Shown piece by piece: positions 18,863 to 27,375 of a stretch of DNA of 64,000 nt. The notes under the pieces were generated by a model that did not search any database, had not been told where the DNA came from, and saw only the letters and a list, made by a program, of their open reading frames with translations. The stretch's first letter is position 1. Each line of letters starts with the position of its first letter. The translations under genes and the position numbers were made by a program. Source of the stretch: Escherichia phage vB_EcoM_NBG2; sequence record NC_054925.1, one strand, 5' to 3'.

Positions 18863-19876
18863 TCATTTATAATAACTTCGGTGGTTTTCAAGATAAACCC
18901 TCTCAAGGAAGTCATCCCAGAAACCCATGTCTACTTTTTGCTGCATACCGTTCTTAGAAGCTTCAATGGATGCTGCTTCTACTTGATCGACCACATCTTC
19001 CAAAAACTCTTGGACAGTTTTAAATGGATGTTTACCCAACTTCACGTCGAGAATAAATGGAGCATCTTGGAGTGGATAAACCAAATCACCAGTTTTGTAA
19101 ATTTCCAATAGTTGGAGTCCACCACGGCAAGCATGACTAAGAGCTTTCCAGTCAATGCCCTCATTCGCTTCAGCCTTACGAGCACGTTCGCCGTATTCAG
19201 CATCTAATTTGTTCAGTGACTGCTTAAGCTCAATAAGAGAAAGCGTTGTCTGATATTTACGACCCAACACAGTATAGAACGTTTGCGGGCCTGTTTTCTC
19301 GTGATTATGGAACACCCATTCACAGAACTCGTTCTCTGGAAGACGATGCTTAATATCTTCAACTTTAGTGCGACGCTGCTTAATGGAACCGTCTTCTTGA
19401 TAATCAACCCACTGATCGGGGATTTGATTAACTACTTTCAATACATCACGCAATGCGGCCAAACGAGAACCCTTAACACCATATTTAGAAGCTTGCTTGC
19501 GAACATATCCTAAATAGGATTTCATGTTAGTTGTATAAAACCGTGAACGATTGTCTTGAATAAACTTCCATACATCAGGCAAATCTGATTTAACTACTAG
19601 TTCAGGTGGAGTGTGGAGCATATCCAATGCTACAGTTTCACCATCTGCTGCTAATTTAAAGAAATACTTAAGACTGTATAGTTCATGGTCAATATCATCT
19701 TTAGTGTTTTTAGATGATGTGTTGTTAGTGTTTTTACTCATATGCTCTTTAACATTTCCGATAAGAATATCGCGAGCAGGAGGAACAAAGATTTCTTTAA
19801 AATCTACATCAGATTCTGGAGTAGAAGTTCCATAAAGATGACTACCAAAATAGCTTTTCATTACTGTTTTCATCAT
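18863..19876 (-). CDS. nucleotidyltransferase-fold protein (337 aa)
   Basis: N-terminal YFGSHLYGTSTPESDVDF fits the Pol-beta-type NTase signature G-S-x10-D-x-D; hairpin plus T6 terminator just downstream. Confidence 0.6.
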   Translation of the reverse strand: MMKTVMKSYFGSHLYGTSTPESDVDFKEIFVPPARDILIGNVKEHMSKNTNNTSSKNTKDDIDHELYSLKYFFKLAADGETVALDMLHTPPELVVKSDLPDVWKFIQDNRSRFYTTNMKSYLGYVRKQASKYGVKGSRLAALRDVLKVVNQIPDQWVDYQEDGSIKQRRTKVEDIKHRLPENEFCEWVFHNHEKTGPQTFYTVLGRKYQTTLSLIELKQSLNKLDAEYGERARKAEANEGIDWKALSHACRGGLQLLEIYKTGDLVYPLQDAPFILDVKLGKHPFKTVQEFLEDVVDQVEAASIEASKNGMQQKVDMGFWDDFLERVYLENHRSYYK

Positions 19877-20334
19877 TCAGCCTTATATTCAATAACAGGA
19901 CATACTTTAGCTTTACGAGCTTTTAAAAATTCGACGATAATAGATTTCTTGGGTTGAATAGGAGGTAAACCTTTATACGCCCTATCAATATTTTCTACAT
20001 GTAAAGCATAATCCTTTTTCCATTTATAATCTTTATATTTTTCATGCAGTTGTGCAGGAATAACACATGAACCGATAATAAGTAAAACAAGCAAAATAGC
20101 AAGTATAAATGCTGATGGAATAAGAGTCCATAAACTACCAAAAATAAGCCATTTCTGTATGATTTCTGCACAGATGATAGTTAGACCTGCGAGTATAGTA
20201 CATCCGAAAAAAGAAACGAAAAATGTAGGAATAACAATAGACCAAAAATACGCGCACAGTGTCTTAGGTCGTTTCCATTCATCATTAAACATTTTGAATA
20301 ATTTATAATGCCAAGAGTTTTCATTAATAATCAT
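19873..20334 (-). CDS. integral membrane protein (153 aa)
   Basis: Three or four hydrophobic helices. Confidence 0.5.
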   Translation of the reverse strand: MIINENSWHYKLFKMFNDEWKRPKTLCAYFWSIVIPTFFVSFFGCTILAGLTIICAEIIQKWLIFGSLWTLIPSAFILAILLVLLIIGSCVIPAQLHEKYKDYKWKKDYALHVENIDRAYKGLPPIQPKKSIIVEFLKARKAKVCPVIEYKAE

Positions 20335-20336
20335 AA

Positions 20337-20858
20337 TTATCCTTTCATTGAAGGTGTAACAGTTGTTAAATACTTAATCATAGCTTCAGCTTCTGATTTT
20401 GATAATGAAATTTCTCCATTGTTTTGACGAATAGAAATAAAATCCGGATGACGGTCACCACCAGCTTTTAAAACACACATATAAGTATCAGTTTCATCTT
20501 CAATATTTGAAATGATTGAAGCAGTTCCACATGAATGTGGTTTTTGATAAATCAATACAGCTTTTCTTCCACCGTTTGACTGTTCATAAACTTTTAACAC
20601 ATCAAACAAATCACTTCTTTTATCAATAGCTAAGATGTTGTTTTCATCTTCAATGTTAAATCCTTCGGATACTTCATAAAGCGTTACCCATAAATCACCT
20701 ATATCGATAGTAGCATTTTCCTTTCCATGACTTTCAAGAGCATGACAAATTTTCTTGATTTCATCATAACTCATTTTAATAATATCATCTCCTTGAATAA
20801 GGAAGATGTCATTTTTAAATTCAACACGAATTAAACCGCTTCCACTTGAAATAAACAT
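20337..20858 (-). CDS. hypothetical protein (173 aa), tandem paralog A
   Basis: C-terminus SKSEAEAMIKYLTTVTPSMKG resembles that of the next gene. Confidence 0.55.
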   Translation of the reverse strand: MFISSGSGLIRVEFKNDIFLIQGDDIIKMSYDEIKKICHALESHGKENATIDIGDLWVTLYEVSEGFNIEDENNILAIDKRSDLFDVLKVYEQSNGGRKAVLIYQKPHSCGTASIISNIEDETDTYMCVLKAGGDRHPDFISIRQNNGEISLSKSEAEAMIKYLTTVTPSMKG

Positions 20859-20864
20859 ATTTCC

Positions 20865-21431
20865 TCACTTTGAAATCATAGTTGGAATGACAGAATCAAG
20901 ATAAGTCTTTAGCGCAATAGCTTCGTCTTTTGTAAATGTAACAATATGTGCTCGAAAATCGTCAATTTGGCGAATAGTTAAGACATCTCCTTCTTCATAA
21001 CATTTTGATACATTTAAAACAGTTTCATCATTCTGATCGCACTGATCGCAAGCGTTAGTAATAATAGCATTGCAATTTTTGAGCCATTTTAAACTATGTT
21101 TTCTTTCATTAGAATAATAAAAATATTTAATCTTAGCTATAAAACTATCCCAATGGATAACTGATAAACACATTGACTCACTTTTAATATTAAATCCTGG
21201 GCATGAAGAATAAAAATGAATTTTGTGCTCATCATTGATGCTTACTATTTTATCAGTATAAGGATATTCAATTTGGATTAAATGAACGATTTCACTAGGC
21301 GTAAAATATAGCATATCGTCTTCTTGCGTCAAACGATACATGTTATTTACTTTTTCTATAGCCAATTCACCAAAAAGCGGACTAACTTCTAATACTAATC
21401 GTTTCATATTGATTCTCTTCGACTCACTCAC
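20865..21431 (-). CDS. hypothetical protein (188 aa), tandem paralog B
   Basis: C-terminus TKDEAIALKTYLDSVIPTMISK resembles previous gene; first codon in track is GTG so true start uncertain. Confidence 0.5.
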   Translation of the reverse strand: MSESKRINMKRLVLEVSPLFGELAIEKVNNMYRLTQEDDMLYFTPSEIVHLIQIEYPYTDKIVSINDEHKIHFYSSCPGFNIKSESMCLSVIHWDSFIAKIKYFYYSNERKHSLKWLKNCNAIITNACDQCDQNDETVLNVSKCYEEGDVLTIRQIDDFRAHIVTFTKDEAIALKTYLDSVIPTMISK

Positions 21432-21559
21432 AATTACATACTCCTTTGAATAATATCAATAATGTTGTTCACCAGATTATAAGTAAACATTGGGTAATTA
21501 TATTGAATCATCACATACACAACAAACAAAACTTTCATTCTCTTCTCCTTGACCGTTGA

Positions 21560-21600
21560 CAAGATTACTATACCATAACCTTGTCAACTTGTAAACCATT
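21560..21600 (-). promoter_or_regulatory. early promoter
   Basis: Minus strand GTTTAC (21596..21591) and TGGTATAGT (21575..21567). Confidence 0.5.
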
Positions 21601-21772
21601 AAATGACGTTTTCAATAAAATTCTGAAGCTTTGTGTGAGCATCAACCATAATTTTCATTTCTTCCTTTGCGAAAGCTGTACCTCTTTCCCGAGCAGAATA
21701 CTCATAGTCAGAAACTGCATTAGCATATTCTTCAATTAGCTTCATTAAAAACATTTGCTTTTCAGTTTTCAT
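21599..21772 (-). CDS. small ORF (57 aa), below ORF-track cutoff
   Basis: Frame MKTEKQMFLMKLIEEYANAVSDYEYSAREGTAF...; lies between promoter and downstream genes. Confidence 0.35.
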   Translation of the reverse strand: MKTEKQMFLMKLIEEYANAVSDYEYSARERGTAFAKEEMKIMVDAHTKLQNFIENVI

Positions 21773-21956
21773 TATTCCACCTAATCATTTCAAGATATTG
21801 AACTAACTTAGCTTTGGATTTATCCAAATCCTTTTTAGCTGCTTCTATACCGTCGTATGAATATCCTTCACAGTGCTCAACTGCCAATTGATATGAATCT
21901 ATTTCAATATCACGTGCTAATTTAATGATTTTTTCAAACTGTTCACGTGTTAGCAT
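21762..21956 (-). CDS. hypothetical protein (64 aa)
   Basis: ORF track. Confidence 0.4.
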   Translation of the reverse strand: MLTREQFEKIIKLARDIEIDSYQLAVEHCEGYSYDGIEAAKKDLDKSKAKLVQYLEMIRWNNEN

Positions 21957-21958
21957 AA

Positions 21959-22162
21959 TTAAACTCTCGTATTATGATCGATAATTTCATCAAGAAACAT
22001 ATCTAACGCTTCTAAAGCATTATCAACTTTAGCTTCAAATTTTTCAATACCTTTATTTGCAATGCCTGCCGAAAACCAAGCAAAGTCACTAAGTTCCTCA
22101 TCTGCTTTGCGAATTAAAGCTACCAATTCTTTAATTTTATCTGCTTGTTCAATTCTAGTCAT
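21959..22162 (-). CDS. hypothetical protein (67 aa, start revised)
   Basis: Start MTRIEQADK coupled to upstream stop (TAATG). Confidence 0.4.
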   Translation of the reverse strand: MTRIEQADKIKELVALIRKADEELSDFAWFSAGIANKGIEKFEAKVDNALEALDMFLDEIIDHNTRV

Positions 22163-22350
22163 TATTCCACCACATATGAAAGAGAGAATATTGCACACGC
22201 CATATGAGTTGCAGCTTCATCACACATATCATAACGTTTCTTAAGAAGTTCTACAAGTTCTTCACTAGTAACTTCATCCATGTCGACGAAAAAATCACCA
22301 TTAATGATGACGTAGATATTTCCTTCTTGATTAAGTGCTTCAATTTTCAT
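22162..22350 (-). CDS. hypothetical protein (62 aa, start revised)
   Basis: Start [10 protein letters not shown] with GAGGAGA SD downstream of early promoter. Confidence 0.45.
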   Translation of the reverse strand: MKIEALNQEGNIYVIINGDFFVDMDEVTSEELVELLKKRYDMCDEAATHMACAIFSLSYVVE

Positions 22351-22369
22351 GATGTTCTCCTCTTTATCC

Positions 22370-22410
22370 GATAGTTGTATAGTATCACAGCTCAAATGGA
22401 AAGTAAACCG
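22370..22410 (-). promoter_or_regulatory. early promoter with conserved leader, preceded by terminator hairpin
   Basis: Minus strand GTTTAC (22408..22403) and TGATACTATAC. Confidence 0.55.
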
Positions 22411-22417
22411 GTAAAAT

Positions 22418-22445
22418 GAAAAAAGTCTCCCGAAGGAGACTAATG
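22418..22445 (-). terminator. intrinsic terminator
   Basis: Minus strand AGTCTCC-TTCG-GGAGACT followed by TTTTTT. Confidence 0.65.
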
Positions 22446-22832
22446 TTATTCGAGGGAAAGAAGATATTTACTCTGGTAAAACATCCCAGTAATATCATCT
22501 ATCGTGCTTTGAATGGCTGGAGGCATTTCTTTATAAATGCTGTTAGATTGGTCTAGTATGCGATCAATCATTTTAATTGTGTCAGTAGGAAGTTTACTGG
22601 CATCTGGAATAGAAGGCGTGTATTTTCTACCAGAATACCCCAAATATTGCTCACCAAATTTATCAATCAAATCTGGCAACTCAGAGAAAATAAAATCGTA
22701 TGCTTTGTGTCTAGCATAACTTTTAGTTTCAAAATGCGCAGAATGAAAATAAGCTTGTGTAGCCATTAATAAACCTAAGTATTCATCTGCCTTTGAAGGT
22801 TTTCCACTTTGTGAAAAGTCGCTGAATTTCAT
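22446..22832 (-). CDS. hypothetical protein (128 aa)
   Basis: ORF track; hairpin plus T6 terminator downstream. Confidence 0.5.
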   Translation of the reverse strand: MKFSDFSQSGKPSKADEYLGLLMATQAYFHSAHFETKSYARHKAYDFIFSELPDLIDKFGEQYLGYSGRKYTPSIPDASKLPTDTIKMIDRILDQSNSIYKEMPPAIQSTIDDITGMFYQSKYLLSLE

Positions 22833-23122
22833 TCAGTCTCCAATTTAATGTTCATAATTCTAGCGTATGATTGTGCCATCTCCGCGCCTCGCTCTATACA
22901 TTCAAAATCGGAAGAGCACGGGTCATTTTTATAAGTCGTTCGCATAAAACTATAGAACTGTTCAGATGATTCTACGCTTTTGTTTTCAAAAAGCATATAA
23001 ACGTGTCTAATACCAGATTCCATAAATTTATCAAAATGAGGATCGACATTCGCTTCAATTGGTGGAGATAAAGCAAACGCTAATCCTAGCATGGCAAATA
23101 GTGCCGTTGCTTTTAAGGCCAT
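22829..23122 (-). CDS. rI: lysis-inhibition regulator rI (signal-anchored periplasmic protein)
   Basis: 97 aa; MALKATALFAMLGLAFALS signal-anchor followed by conserved periplasmic domain; position next to tk. Confidence 0.85.
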   Translation of the reverse strand: MALKATALFAMLGLAFALSPPIEANVDPHFDKFMESGIRHVYMLFENKSVESSEQFYSFMRTTYKNDPCSSDFECIERGAEMAQSYARIMNIKLETE

Positions 23123-23134
23123 AAAGGCCTCCTA

Positions 23135-23347
23135 TCATTTTTGTCCTGTATTTACTTTATGCCGATGCACGGCCTTAACTTTATCAAGGTATTTTTCAAA
23201 ATTTCGCAATCTAGTATAGTCTGCCGGAGATTGGTTGAGTGATACTTCTCGACGCAAAGCTGAAATGATATTTCCAACTTCCCTACGAATTTCATCTAAT
23301 TGAAGCACAGTAAGATTGCGAAGTTGCTTTTCAGTTAATTGTAGCAT
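23135..23347 (-). CDS. hypothetical protein (70 aa)
   Basis: ORF track. Confidence 0.45.
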
Positions 23348-23389
23348 ATATACCCCTTTAGTTAGATAAACCTATTTATAACTTTTGCA

Positions 23390-23971
23390 CTAACCGAGCT
23401 TTTTAGTTAATTCATTCCAATGTTTTCTACACAAAGAAACATAAATTTCATCACCAATACAGATTTGATTACCTTCTTTAACTGGTGTTCCATCTTCCGT
23501 TAATCGAGCTGTCATAATCGCTTTTTTACCGCAATGACAAACCGCCTTTAGTTCAATAAGTTTATCTGCAATCGCTAAAAGTTCTTTAGAACCTTCAAAC
23601 AATTTTCCAGCGAAATCAGTCCTTAATCCATAAGCCATAACAGGAACATTATATGTATCAACAATTCGACTTAATTGATGCACCTGTTCAGTTTTTAAAA
23701 ACTGAGCTTCATCTACAAATACGCAATGAATATCTTTTTGTGCTTCAGCCCATTTATAGAACTCGAAAATATCCATATCATCTGTAATAATATTTGCTTC
23801 CTGCCTAATTCCAATGCGAGAAACGACTTCACAGACAGAATCGCGAGTATCAATAGCAGGCTTAAGAACTAATACACTCATTCCACGTTCTTTATAATTA
23901 TGTGCAGCAGTCAAAAGAGAAGCAGATTTTCCAGCATTCATTGCTGCATAAGTAAAAATTAAACTCGCCAT
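23390..23971 (-). CDS. tk: thymidine kinase
   Basis: 193 aa; P-loop AAMNAGKS, Walker B FVDEAQF, C-terminal Cys zinc cluster. Confidence 0.92.
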   Translation of the reverse strand: MASLIFTYAAMNAGKSASLLTAAHNYKERGMSVLVLKPAIDTRDSVCEVVSRIGIRQEANIITDDMDIFEFYKWAEAQKDIHCVFVDEAQFLKTEQVHQLSRIVDTYNVPVMAYGLRTDFAGKLFEGSKELLAIADKLIELKAVCHCGKKAIMTARLTEDGTPVKEGNQICIGDEIYVSLCRKHWNELTKKLG

Positions 23972-23980
23972 ATCACCTTC

Positions 23981-24166
23981 TTAAAGCGTATTCACATAAG
24001 CTATTAATTCATTTTCTTTCTTATCAAACCGATCAGCAAATTCTTCCTGCTGTTCGGGAGATAACGGGCCGTATTCATCATAAAAGGTGTTTGCTTCTGT
24101 ATGCTCATCTAGAAGTTCATGGATAAGCTCAAATAATTTATCTTTTTGTTCTTTACTCAGACTCAT
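23981..24166 (-). CDS. hypothetical acidic protein (61 aa)
   Basis: ORF track. Confidence 0.4.
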   Translation of the reverse strand: MSLSKEQKDKLFELIHELLDEHTEANTFYDEYGPLSPEQQEEFADRFDKKENELIAYVNTL

Positions 24167-24332
24167 ATATTAATTTCCAAAAGTTTTAAAATAATTCGCT
24201 TTTGCTTAAATATTTCCACAGTTAAATGATCAGTATCTTTTTGACCGATTCCAATGGCAAAACCTTTATTAACAGCGAGTTCAATTAAATTATCAAGCTC
24301 ACGTAACACTTCGTATTGTAACTCAGAACTAT

Positions 24333-24539
24333 TCATTTCGGTTTACCTTCTTTAACGAAATCTGAATAAGGATAAAATCCCGAATAAAATCCTTCACCTT
24401 TATGATTGATGCATCCTTTATTAGAACAATAGCACCAATAATCGAAATCACAAACCATTTCATCGTTGCATAAAGCAAAAACAACCGGCCACTTACACTT
24501 TTCACAATGGGCATTTTTAAGAATACTAGTTTGGCTCAT
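24333..24539 (-). CDS. Cys-rich small protein (68 aa, start revised)
   Basis: Start coupled to upstream stop (ATGA); 9 Cys including CEKC. Confidence 0.45.
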   Translation of the reverse strand: MSQTSILKNAHCEKCKWPVVFALCNDEMVCDFDYWCYCSNKGCINHKGEGFYSGFYPYSDFVKEGKPK

Positions 24540-24748
24540 AACCATGTCACCTTCAAGCAATATTCTTCTACGTGCTGTTTGCGACCTTTCTTATCAATAA
24601 AGGTATATTCAACGAATGTTCCAATGTAGTCTTTATCTACATCATGTAGGCTATTAATTGGGCATTTAGTACGGCAAATGCGTTCCCATTGACGAATAAT
24701 TACTGCCTTATTCTTTGGGTCATATGGATGTGGATAATGTATATTCAT
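24536..24748 (-). CDS. hypothetical protein (70 aa, start revised)
   Basis: Start coupled to macro-domain gene stop (ATGA). Confidence 0.45.
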   Translation of the reverse strand: MNIHYPHPYDPKNKAVIIRQWERICRTKCPINSLHDVDKDYIGTFVEYTFIDKKGRKQHVEEYCLKVTWL

Positions 24749-25212
24749 AATAACGGTTCCCAATCAACAATCACAATTTCTAATTTAGAGGAATATGTAT
24801 CTAAAATCCCCTCAATAATATCCCAGTTCCCTTTACCTATGCCTGCACCAATCCTAGGCATATAGATTGTAGGTTTAATCAGTTTATTTTCACCAAACTC
24901 ATTTAATTCTAACATACAATTCATTAAAGCGGAATACTCAAAATTTGGCCCTGGTTGAAATTGAGTATAAAGATTAAAGCAGTAAGCTTTATGAGTCCTA
25001 AAGTATTTTTCATAAACTGAGTAAGAACCAAGTTTAGTTACATCACCCCATTCAGTCTGTAATTTATCAGCTTCCAAAATTTTAGGGAAAGCTTTAGTTA
25101 ATTGACCCGCTACGCCTGAACCCATAGTATGAAAACAATTGCATCCATGCGCAATATTTTTACCTTCAGCGAAAAGGGCGACAATATCGCCCTTGATATA
25201 TTTTACAATCAT
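24745..25212 (-). CDS. macro-domain protein (putative ADP-ribose binding/processing)
   Basis: 155 aa; KGDIV..IAHGCNCFHTMGSGVAGQL and PRIGAGIGKG resemble macro-domain Gly-rich loops. Confidence 0.6.
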   Translation of the reverse strand: MIVKYIKGDIVALFAEGKNIAHGCNCFHTMGSGVAGQLTKAFPKILEADKLQTEWGDVTKLGSYSVYEKYFRTHKAYCFNLYTQFQPGPNFEYSALMNCMLELNEFGENKLIKPTIYMPRIGAGIGKGNWDIIEGILDTYSSKLEIVIVDWEPLL

Positions 25213-25550
25213 CTAGTACTCAATCCTCGATTATAAGAATCTACCAAACGGTCAACCATTGAATGACAAGCGGCTTTATCTTTCTCCTCCGCAACTGAAC
25301 ATTCTAAGGTATTCCACTTTTTAGCATATCGTTTTAATAATGTATCGTTTTTGTATCTGCTTGATTTATCTCTTTCTCCGTCTTTATATGCATATATTAA
25401 TTTCTGTGCAAATTCAGCTTGGCATGCTTTATTTTTCCCACAATAATCTGCCGCAGTGCGGTTTACATATTCTCTAATTTCAGTATATGATGTATCTGCT
25501 GACGCAGAAAATGAAATTAATCCTATACATAAAACCAAAATTTTAGTCAT
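25209..25550 (-). CDS. secreted/periplasmic protein with signal peptide (113 aa)
   Basis: N-terminal MTKILVLCIGLISFSASA signal-like sequence. Confidence 0.5.
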   Translation of the reverse strand: MTKILVLCIGLISFSASADTSYTEIREYVNRTAADYCGKNKACQAEFAQKLIYAYKDGERDKSSRYKNDTLLKRYAKKWNTLECSVAEEKDKAACHSMVDRLVDSYNRGLSTR

Positions 25551-26088
25551 TTACTATTTCCAAAAGTTTATTATTTTTAAGGTAATTAGCCTTTTCTAGG
25601 ACTTCAGAAGCATATTTAGAACCTGCTTTAACATTCCATCCCGAATTATAAGAGGATATTGCTTTTCTTATATCGCCCTTATGTATATTTAACCAATAAG
25701 AAAGTTCAATGTACGCCCAGGAAGCTGAATTGGACCGTTTATTCAACATTCTTTTTATTTCAGCATCGGTCATATTATAACCAAGTTCCTTAACTCTTGC
25801 TCGCATAGTAGGCAAATAATTTTGGAACATTCCATAAGCGTGATGCTTTGGTTTAGATTTTAAATTAACTCCGCCAGAGCTTTCTTGCCATAAAATAGCA
25901 GCCATTATATGACCTAATCCGCTCTTGTGGATATTTTTGTGTGTTTTATATTTTCCATCCTTAGAAAATTGTTCCCCGAATTGATACGCGTAACGCATGT
26001 TATCGAGTTGGACATTACTGAAAGTATGCTCGGAGCTATGTGCCATCATTGAAATGGCCAATAGACCAGCGAGTAGTGCTTTTCTCAT
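25543..26088 (-). CDS. secreted lytic-transglycosylase-like (SLT domain) protein
   Basis: 181 aa; signal peptide MRKALLAGLLAISMMAHS; ESSGG...GMFQ motifs typical of SLT/goose-type lysozyme folds. Confidence 0.55.
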   Translation of the reverse strand: MRKALLAGLLAISMMAHSSEHTFSNVQLDNMRYAYQFGEQFSKDGKYKTHKNIHKSGLGHIMAAILWQESSGGVNLKSKPKHHAYGMFQNYLPTMRARVKELGYNMTDAEIKRMLNKRSNSASWAYIELSYWLNIHKGDIRKAISSYNSGWNVKAGSKYASEVLEKANYLKNNKLLEIVND

Positions 26089-26095
26089 GCTTACC

Positions 26096-26557
26096 TCATT
26101 GAGTTTTAATTACTGCTTTAGAAGCCTTTCCTGGTAAACGACGACTATTGATAATTGCCATCCTGCATTGAAGCGACGGGTCTTTGAACTTCGCATTAGG
26201 TTTACAAACTGTAAATCCAAGCCAAAGATTTCCATCTGTGATTTCTAAACGTCCAGGACGGTATTCAACCCCATCAATAAAATCCTCATCAATGTCAGGA
26301 CGCGGAGGCATACTCAGGAATTCATTAACTTCTAAAACATGGTCTTTTATTTTGTGGAATAATTCAAAAACATATGTCTCATCAATCTCCCGTTGAATTG
26401 CACGATCAAGAAGATGCTGAGAATATTTTAGATGAAACGATGAGACCCCTGCTGCTTTTGATGCCTCACGAATCTCATTGTTAATTTGACGAAACTCCGA
26501 CTCAAAATGACGACGAAGCTTATTTCGACGGATAAAAACTTCTGTATTGATAGTCAT
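26096..26557 (-). CDS. regB: sequence-specific endoribonuclease RegB
   Basis: 153 aa; MTINTEVFIRRNKLRRHFESEFRQ... matches T4 RegB as recalled; early promoter and GGAGA SD upstream. Confidence 0.88.
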   Translation of the reverse strand: MTINTEVFIRRNKLRRHFESEFRQINNEIREASKAAGVSSFHLKYSQHLLDRAIQREIDETYVFELFHKIKDHVLEVNEFLSMPPRPDIDEDFIDGVEYRPGRLEITDGNLWLGFTVCKPNAKFKDPSLQCRMAIINSRRLPGKASKAVIKTQ

Positions 26558-26579
26558 GTTGTTCTCCTCTTAACTGATA

Positions 26580-26618
26580 GAAAAATTATACCACAGTCAA
26601 GAGGAAAAGTAAACAGTT
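26580..26618 (-). promoter_or_regulatory. early promoter upstream of regB
   Basis: Minus strand GTTTAC (26614..26609) and TGGTATAAT (26593..26585). Confidence 0.55.
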
Positions 26619-26895
26619 ATTCTTTAAATCTAATCAATTTATTCATAGACTTTGAAACTTCTGCACGAACCTCATGTAGATTTTTGAGCTGTTCAAGACG
26701 CTGCGTATAGTAAGCAATTTCATCTTCTTCGAGACAGTCCTGTGAATCTTCTTTAAGATACCGTGCATAGTCCTGGAAAGCGTTACGGACTACTTCCTGG
26801 AAGTCATCAAGACTTTGAATTTTCTTAGGAGCAGCAGACACACGACGAGGGGCAGTATAATACTCATAACCAAACCCTGCGCTTAATTGAGCCAT
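26617..26895 (-). CDS. hypothetical protein (92 aa, start revised)
   Basis: Start [13 protein letters not shown] coupled to upstream stop (TAATG). Confidence 0.45.
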   Translation of the reverse strand: MAQLSAGFGYEYYTAPRRVSAAPKKIQSLDDFQEVVRNAFQDYARYLKEDSQDCLEEDEIAYYTQRLEQLKNLHEVRAEVSKSMNKLIRFKE

Positions 26896-27161
26896 TAGTA
26901 TTTTTCCTCTGGTTGGAACACAGCACGACAAGCCCACATACTGGCTTCTTTGAGTTTCGTTTTAGCAATAGCTAACTGATCGAGGCTTTCAGCATAATTC
27001 TTCGCGAGTTCAAAGTCTTCGCAATTATCTAGTGCTTCCCAGAATTCATCATATAAAGCATCAAAGATAAGTCCTAAACGAACTTCAGCGTCTTTAATAG
27101 CATTTACTTTACCGATTTTTTCGTCGGTATGTGGCTTATAACCTTTAATATCTTCAATCAT
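26895..27161 (-). CDS. hypothetical protein (88 aa, start revised); by gene order this slot corresponds to T4 vs.4 (Acb2 anti-CBASS sponge), unverified
   Basis: Start MIEDIKGYK with GAGGAAG SD; positional inference only. Confidence 0.4.
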   Translation of the reverse strand: MIEDIKGYKPHTDEKIGKVNAIKDAEVRLGLIFDALYDEFWEALDNCEDFELAKNYAESLDQLAIAKTKLKEASMWACRAVFQPEEKY

Positions 27162-27375
27162 ATTTGACTTCCTCACCAGTACATAAATCGTATTCAACTA
27201 AACGAATAGGTTCATGAATGCCATATCCTTGAACAGAAATTTCTGTCGTAGGATAAATTCCATTAATATCACCCATGTTCCATGCTTCGTTAAATTGCTG
27301 TTCGCCTGAATTACTAAACCACTCGGCGAAAGCATTTAGCACATCTTCAGAACCTTCAATAATTATCTTTGCCAT
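27154..27375 (-). CDS. hypothetical acidic protein (73 aa)
   Basis: ORF track. Confidence 0.45.
   Translation of the reverse strand: MAKIIIEGSEDVLNAFAEWFSNSGEQQFNEAWNMGDINGIYPTTEISVQGYGIHEPIRLVEYDLCTGEEVKYD

Noticed and set aside
21432-21560. GTTTAC followed 3 nt later by TATAAT inside the 21435-21538 small ORF as a promoter
   Set aside because: Spacing between the two hexamers is far too short for a sigma-70-type promoter; the real early promoter is at 21560-21600.
24329-24514. Alternative-frame ORF (61 aa, hydrophobic) overlapping the Cys-rich 24333-24539 gene
   Set aside because: The other frame has start/stop coupling (ATGA) with the neighbouring gene, which is the typical arrangement here; both cannot be assigned with confidence, so only the coupled frame is reported.
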